Shown piece by piece: positions 30,493 to 35,880 of a DNA stretch of 35,880 nt. The notes beneath the pieces were generated by a model that was not told where the DNA came from, ran no database searches, and saw only the letters and a program-made list of their open reading frames with translations. The DNA comes from Peribolospora baueri. Lineage: Eukaryota. Position 1 is the stretch's first letter; the number at the start of each line of letters is the position of its first letter. A program made the translations under genes and the position numbers. The stretch covers positions 62,001 to 97,880 of the forward strand of contig JAMDHS010000074.1 of assembly GCA_029717555.1 (NCBI GenBank), written 5' to 3'.

Positions 30493-32999
30493 ATGGCGGC
30501 GGGCTCTCTACCGGCAGAATTGCTCCTCGCCATCCTCTCCTCTCCCGACCTCTCCCTCCTCGACCTCGCTCGCTGCTCTCTCGCACACCCTTCCCTCTCC
30601 CGCGTCGCAAGCGCCGTTGCCAGCCAGAACCGGCAGGCGAGACTGCTCGAGCAAGTGATCGGCTTCGTCCCACAAGACGTGCTCAGCTCGGTCGGGTGGG
30701 AGAGTGCGGGCGTGCAGGCCTGGAAGGTGGAGAGGGTTTGGGAGGTGTTCAGCGAACATACGCAGGCCGACCTTACCATCGAGGTGAGCACTCCATGGCG
30801 GCGGACAGATGACGACTTTGTACTCATTCTGCGACCGACGGCAATCCATTCGTGCCCTTACGTTTGTAAACAGGACATCGTCTCGTTGGTCGACTTTTTT
30901 TCCCGCCTAGCCTGCGCAATTTTTCGGGCCCACCGCGGCTTTCCCGACTCGCAATGTGGAGCGCTGCCGTACGCTACATTTCCTCGAACGTGGCAGACGC
31001 AAGCGCAGCGGTCCCCAGCTCCCGCGTCTGCGTTTCCTGGAGGAGTGTGGGCCGAGGCGAGCAGCGGGACGGCCCTTGTCTTCCTGCACGCGCTCATCTA
31101 CGCCGGCGTCAGAGGGGCGAGTCGGCGCGGAGGTAGCCGGTTCAGCGAGCGTGAGGCAGAGTTCGACGTCTCGGTTGTTGCGGACAGGAGGGAAAAGGAG
31201 TGGTGGCGACAATACGAGACTCTCCGAAAGGCGTTGAGGAGGACAGACCCGCTAGGTGCTCATCTGTGGAGGCAAGGCGGCTGCGAGGGCAACGAAGAGG
31301 AGAGATGCGCTTGCGCCTGTCGGAACCAGTCTTGGGCTAGTTGGTGGCTCGGTGCTCATCACCACCTGACGATGCGATATCGGCGATTCTTCACTCGTGA
31401 GTGCATGCGCGCCTCTCCGAGCATCTTGGGTACACTAAGGGTGGGCAACGTAGCTGAAGAATCGTTCCCGCGTTTGCACCAGCCGCCGACATTCTTCATT
31501 TGTCGTATCGGGTCATCTACTACGCTGTTCCATCTTTCCCCCCAGACCTACATGCATCGTCTTCAGCCACTTCCCCGCCGCCCGTGTTCCGTCCACATTC
31601 CCAAGGACCGCCTCCTTTACAATCCTTCCTGCGAGGCACTGCCGCCTACGTCCCTCGCTTCTCCGCCGCGTCTCCCACTTCCGTTCTCCTCTCCACCCCT
31701 CTCAACCCTGACTCTGTCCTCTTCTCTCTCCGAGAAGGCCCCACTTTCTCGCAGACCAAGCGTTGGTTCAACCTCTCCGAGCACGCCCTGCCGGCAGGTC
31801 TTGCGCGCATCTGGGCCGGGTGGATAGGCTTCGGCTGGGGGGATGGCGGCGTCAACTCGTCCGCGCCTACTCAGCCGAACGGGAAGCGATGGTGGTGGGG
31901 AGAGGAGACGCCTCCTCCGACTGCCGACGCTTTCGCTCCCGCCGCGCCTGAAACCATGGACGTACCCCATCCCGTCGATCTCATCCTCCTGGCCCACGCG
32001 CGATGGCGAGCGCGCACGCTCCGAGCCTACCCGCATTTGTCGTCCGCGCAGCGCGCCCGCGCGACCGCCTTTGACACGCACTTTGTGCGTCGCGCGCTGC
32101 AGATACAGGGTTGGGCTCTGGCGGGCCCCGCAGGCGTCGCTGCTGCCGTGGCCTTTGTCAACACGGGCAACGTTGCCGCCGTCGACGCTTCGCGGGGCAG
32201 CGCGGGGAGTGTGAACGTCGGGAGCCATGGCACCGCCGGCAGTACGCTGAGGAGGGGCTGGGTATCTCCCGGCAGCCCGTTCCTCACGCTTAAAGAGGCG
32301 GTGAAGATGGCTCCAGGACTTGGCAGGCTGGATCGATTGCTCGAGACAGTGGGAGGTTTGCTCACGTTTTCCTCGCTGTGGGGACGGAGCGCCGGTGAGC
32401 GCGCGAGGATGTGTGCAGCTGCTCATGTTGTGAGAGAGCCGCTGCAGAGCATGGGGTGGGGTCGGGGACTCGTTTACGGTGGCGCTCGAGGGGACAAAAC
32501 GGGAAACCTAGTCGGCGATGATGAGGTCGACGAGGATGATGAATTGAGCATGCTGGAGAGGGAACTCGGGGATCTTCACCAGGGCATCGACGACGAGTCG
32601 CTCGCCTCGATCCCCTTCCCAGCAGAGCTTTCAGACGCCACCTCACCGCCTCGCCTGCCTCTTTGTCTGGAGCGGCCGCCCCCTCCCGAAGAGGAGGAAA
32701 GCAAGGCGGCGGCGACATTGTCTTCCGAGTTAAGCTTTTCGTTTCCGCTCAACGCCGGCAACGCCAGGTCTCGACCAAGCGCCGCGGCGCCGGTGCCGTC
32801 GTCCGCGCACGTTGCCAGTATGCGCTCCATGGCGGAGCGAGGCGGCGATTTCGGAGCGTCGACGGACAGGCTCTTCATGACGCTCGTGCACTTTGCCGCC
32901 ATCTGCCTCGTTGTCGCTGTCGTCATGGCCTTGAAGCGCGGCGGCGTAGGATTTGACATCTCGTGGTTCGCTGGAGAAGCGGAACCTTTTGGAAACTGA
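30493..32999 (+). CDS. Hypothetical protein with N-terminal F-box-like motif and C-terminal transmembrane helix, ~806 aa, 2 exons
   Basis: Intron 31397-31482 (GTGAGT..GCTGAA..CAG) joins ORF 30493.. to the frame of ORF ..32999 (2421 nt). N-terminus SLPAELLLAILSSPDLSLLDLARCSLAHPSLSRVA; C-terminus LFMTLVHFAAICLVVAVVMAL. Confidence 0.7.
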
Positions 33000-33972
33000 G
33001 GCACACCTTCCTTTCACAAGTTCGACCACTCGTCGGACCAGCACGCTACCGTAACTGCGGTGTTGGCGACACACTGGCTAGTGTAGTGATCGAGAGAAAG
33101 TCCAGGCAAGCACGGAGCCAGACCGACTTCCCAAGATGATCGTTCCTGCTGAGCGTCTTGCATATGCAAGGTAGTCGAGGAGTTGGATTTGATTTCCGCA
33201 CGCGTATAACCCTACTATGATCGTGTTCCTAGCACCCCTTGTCCCAGATGCTTCCGGTGTCTTCCCCATTTGCCCCGCCCTAGAACTGTGGTGAGCGATG
33301 CTCAATATGCCACAAGTCCTGCCTGCCATTGGCGTCGTGCCGGAAGGCTCCGTAGAAAAGGCGAAAGCCATGACTTTTGGTGGAGCGACAAGGACCGAGT
33401 GAGGACGGGAGCCGGCCGGAGGTTGGCAGTGCGATACGAAAAAATGCACGGTCTGCCGTCAACGCAAGCAAGCCTTTTCTTCCTTCCTTCTTCCCTCCTT
33501 CCTTCTCTCCGCAGTCGTCTCCGCCCACCAGGGACGATCAGGTTCGTGCGGGTATCGCCTTGACGACGACGACGACGACAGACGGCTTGCAGCGTTAAGC
33601 CAGAAGTCTATCTCGGCACCACCTACCAGGAAGCAGGCCGAATCAAACGAGTCGCAAGTCTCATTGCCGGCACTCGCGTCGCCATGCCCGTCGACAGGAT
33701 ATACCTCGCGCGGTGAGCTGCCGAGGACGTGCGACCGCCTAGTTAGCGATCTATATATGCTGATTCTCCGGGGCTCCTCCTCCTTCCTCCGCTCCTCCTT
33801 CTCGCTATCCCGTAACGTCCTTCCCGCGCTCACCGCCTGCGCCGTCTTCTCCCTCTTCGCCCCTCCCCTGCGACGATATCAGCCCCTCTCCGCCCCGTCT
33901 TCTCGCCTGCACACCTCCGCACACTTCTTTTCACCCACAACAAAGGGCGGAGGAACAAGGGCAGACACAAGA

Positions 33973-35880
33973 ATGGACGCTCAGGCGCAGTCTTACGGCA
34001 ACTTTGACCTCGTCAAGAGGATCGACGTTGACTATGTCAAGGGCATGACCGTCGAGAAGTGGAGGAGCAGGGTCACCGGCCTTCAGGTCATCAAGGCTGG
34101 CTTCGACGGTCGGTCTGCTTCCTCCTCGCATACGTTGCTCCTACTCTTCACATCGCTCACACCCCTTTCTTCCCTTCTATCCTTCCTTTCCTGTCCATCC
34201 AGCCCCGATTCTGAACGCCTATTTCACTTTGGCCACCGAGATCTTTGAAGACTCCGGCGTCCCGCACACCCTCGAGCACCTCATCTTCCTCGGCTCGCAG
34301 GAGTACCCTTACAAGGGCGTCCTCGACAGCTTGGCCAACCGGAGCTTTGCGAGCGGCACCAACGCTTGGACCGCCACCGATTATACTGGTTCGTTCTTTT
34401 CCCACCCATCGCGACCCGCCGCATTCTAGGCTGAGCTCGGGTCAGGTCAAGTTTGCTCACCGTGCTCACTCTTCCCCTTCGCTCAGCATACACCCTCGCG
34501 ACGGCAGGCTCTGAGGGATTCCTTAAGATGATGCCCGTTTACCTCGACCACGTTCTCTTCCCCACTCTCACCTCCACTGGATTCACCACCGAAGTGTACC
34601 ACGTCAACGGAAAGGCCAAGGACGCCGGCGTCGTATACTCCGAGATGCAGGGCCGCGAGAACACAGTGCGGGACTTGATGATGCTCAAGTGCGTTCCGTC
34701 ACCCTCCATTCCGTCTCGGACATGTTCATCCTGAGCTTGACTGACGCCATTCAAAACCCATGTTTTCTTTCCTGATCTATGTTCCCATCAGGGCCAAGCG
34801 CCTTCTCTACCCGCCTTCCTCCGCGTACCGTTCGGAGACTGGCGGCTTGATGAAGGCCTTGCGGGTGCTTACCATCGAAGACATTCGCAAGTGTGAGTGC
34901 CGGCGACCTAGGCGCATACTCTTCAACACCGGCTCTGACCGCCCTTTTCGTGTCTTTTTAACGGCAGATCACTCCAAGTATTACGTTCCGCACAACCTCT
35001 CGCTCATCATCGCCGGCAAAGTCGATACGAAGGACCTTCTTGACAGCCTCGCGTCCGTGGAAGCAAAGGCTGCCAAGATGGGATTCAACAAGGGTCCACA
35101 CCCGCCTGGGTGGCAGCGCCCTTTCCTCTCCACCCCCTCCTCCGTGCCCCCCGTCATTCCGGCCCAAGGCCTCACCGAAACGGTGCCGTTCCCGGAGCAC
35201 GACGAGTCAGTCGGAAAGGTCGCCCTCACCTTCGTCGGGCCAAAGTTGGACAATTTCTTAGAGAACAAGGCCTTAGAAGTTCTAGACGTCTACTTGACCG
35301 ACAGCACCGTCAGCGTGCTCCAGAAAGAGTTTGTCGAGCGCGAGGATCCGTTCTGCACTGGTCAGCAGGTGCATTTACCTCCGATCTTTCATGCTGGCCG
35401 ACTGCTCATATCATCGACGGCCCATCGCAACTCGCAGAACTCCGTATTTACCCGACCGAGCGCGCCGGTTGCAACACCCTACACGTTGACTTTTCATCCG
35501 TGCCCGTAGAGCACCTGGACACGCTACCTGACCGTTTGAAGGAGGTGCTCCAGAGGCTGGTGAAAGAAGGCGTAGACATGCAGAGGATGAAGATGGTCAT
35601 TAGGAGGGAGAAACTGACGGTGCGTCGAGTCTGCAGGAGCTTGCGCTCGCCGTCCCTCGTCCGGGTTGATGTGCGAATCACGTGTCCTCTCTGTGACGTC
35701 GGACATGCAGCTCCTCAACACGATGGAGATGTGGGCGCCTTCATCGATGGCGTACGCCATCATTGCCGATTCTCTGTACGGCGAGGAGAAGGGCGAACAG
35801 CTCGCCGAAGCGTTCGATGATATGGCGCGCTACAAGGAGCTCGATACGTGGGACGCCTCCAAGTGGGCCACCCTCATCCA
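33973..35880 (+). CDS. M16 (insulinase/PreP-like, M16C) zinc metallopeptidase, resembling yeast YOL098C/SDD3; 3' end outside the window
   Basis: Exons 33973-34108, 34203-34388, 34487-34688, 34792-34892, 34968-35360, 35438-35619, 35711->35880, phases consistent. Inverted zincin HXXEH in DSGVPHTLEHLIFLGSQEYPYKGVLD; also GTNAWTATDYTAY, GVVYSEMQGRE, YRSETGG. Confidence 0.92.

Noticed and set aside
33000..33972. Short ORFs between the F-box-like and M16 genes (also 27840-28715 and 14631-15468)
   Set aside because: No recognisable motifs, codon bias or consistent splice structure; consistent with UTR and promoter sequence.

Overview
GC-rich, intron-containing fungal DNA, most likely basidiomycete (GTGAGC/GTGAGT/GTGCGT donors, GCTGAC/CTAAC branch points, ~70-160 nt introns). 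I rebuilt ten spliced gene models by hand, and exon phases close correctly for all of them: an amino-acid permease; a stand-alone acyltransferase-3 (AT3); a membrane-anchored GH26 glycoside hydrolase; an intronless AT3 + egghead-like GT2 fusion; a GPATCH1-like protein; a PRM10/ThrE-family membrane protein; a RIM2-like mitochondrial carrier; a DNAJC9-like J protein; an orphan F-box-like protein with a C-terminal TM helix; and an M16 metallopeptidase truncated at the window end. The main result is the contiguous three-gene block at 3436-14630 (AT3, GH26, AT3-GT2). It looks like a synthase + O-acyltransferase + hydrolase module for an O-acylated cell-surface beta-glycan, best guess an acetylated beta-mannan. 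Family calls come from motif recognition only; no searches were run, so novelty and product are inference. No tRNA, rRNA, CRISPR or transposon was seen.
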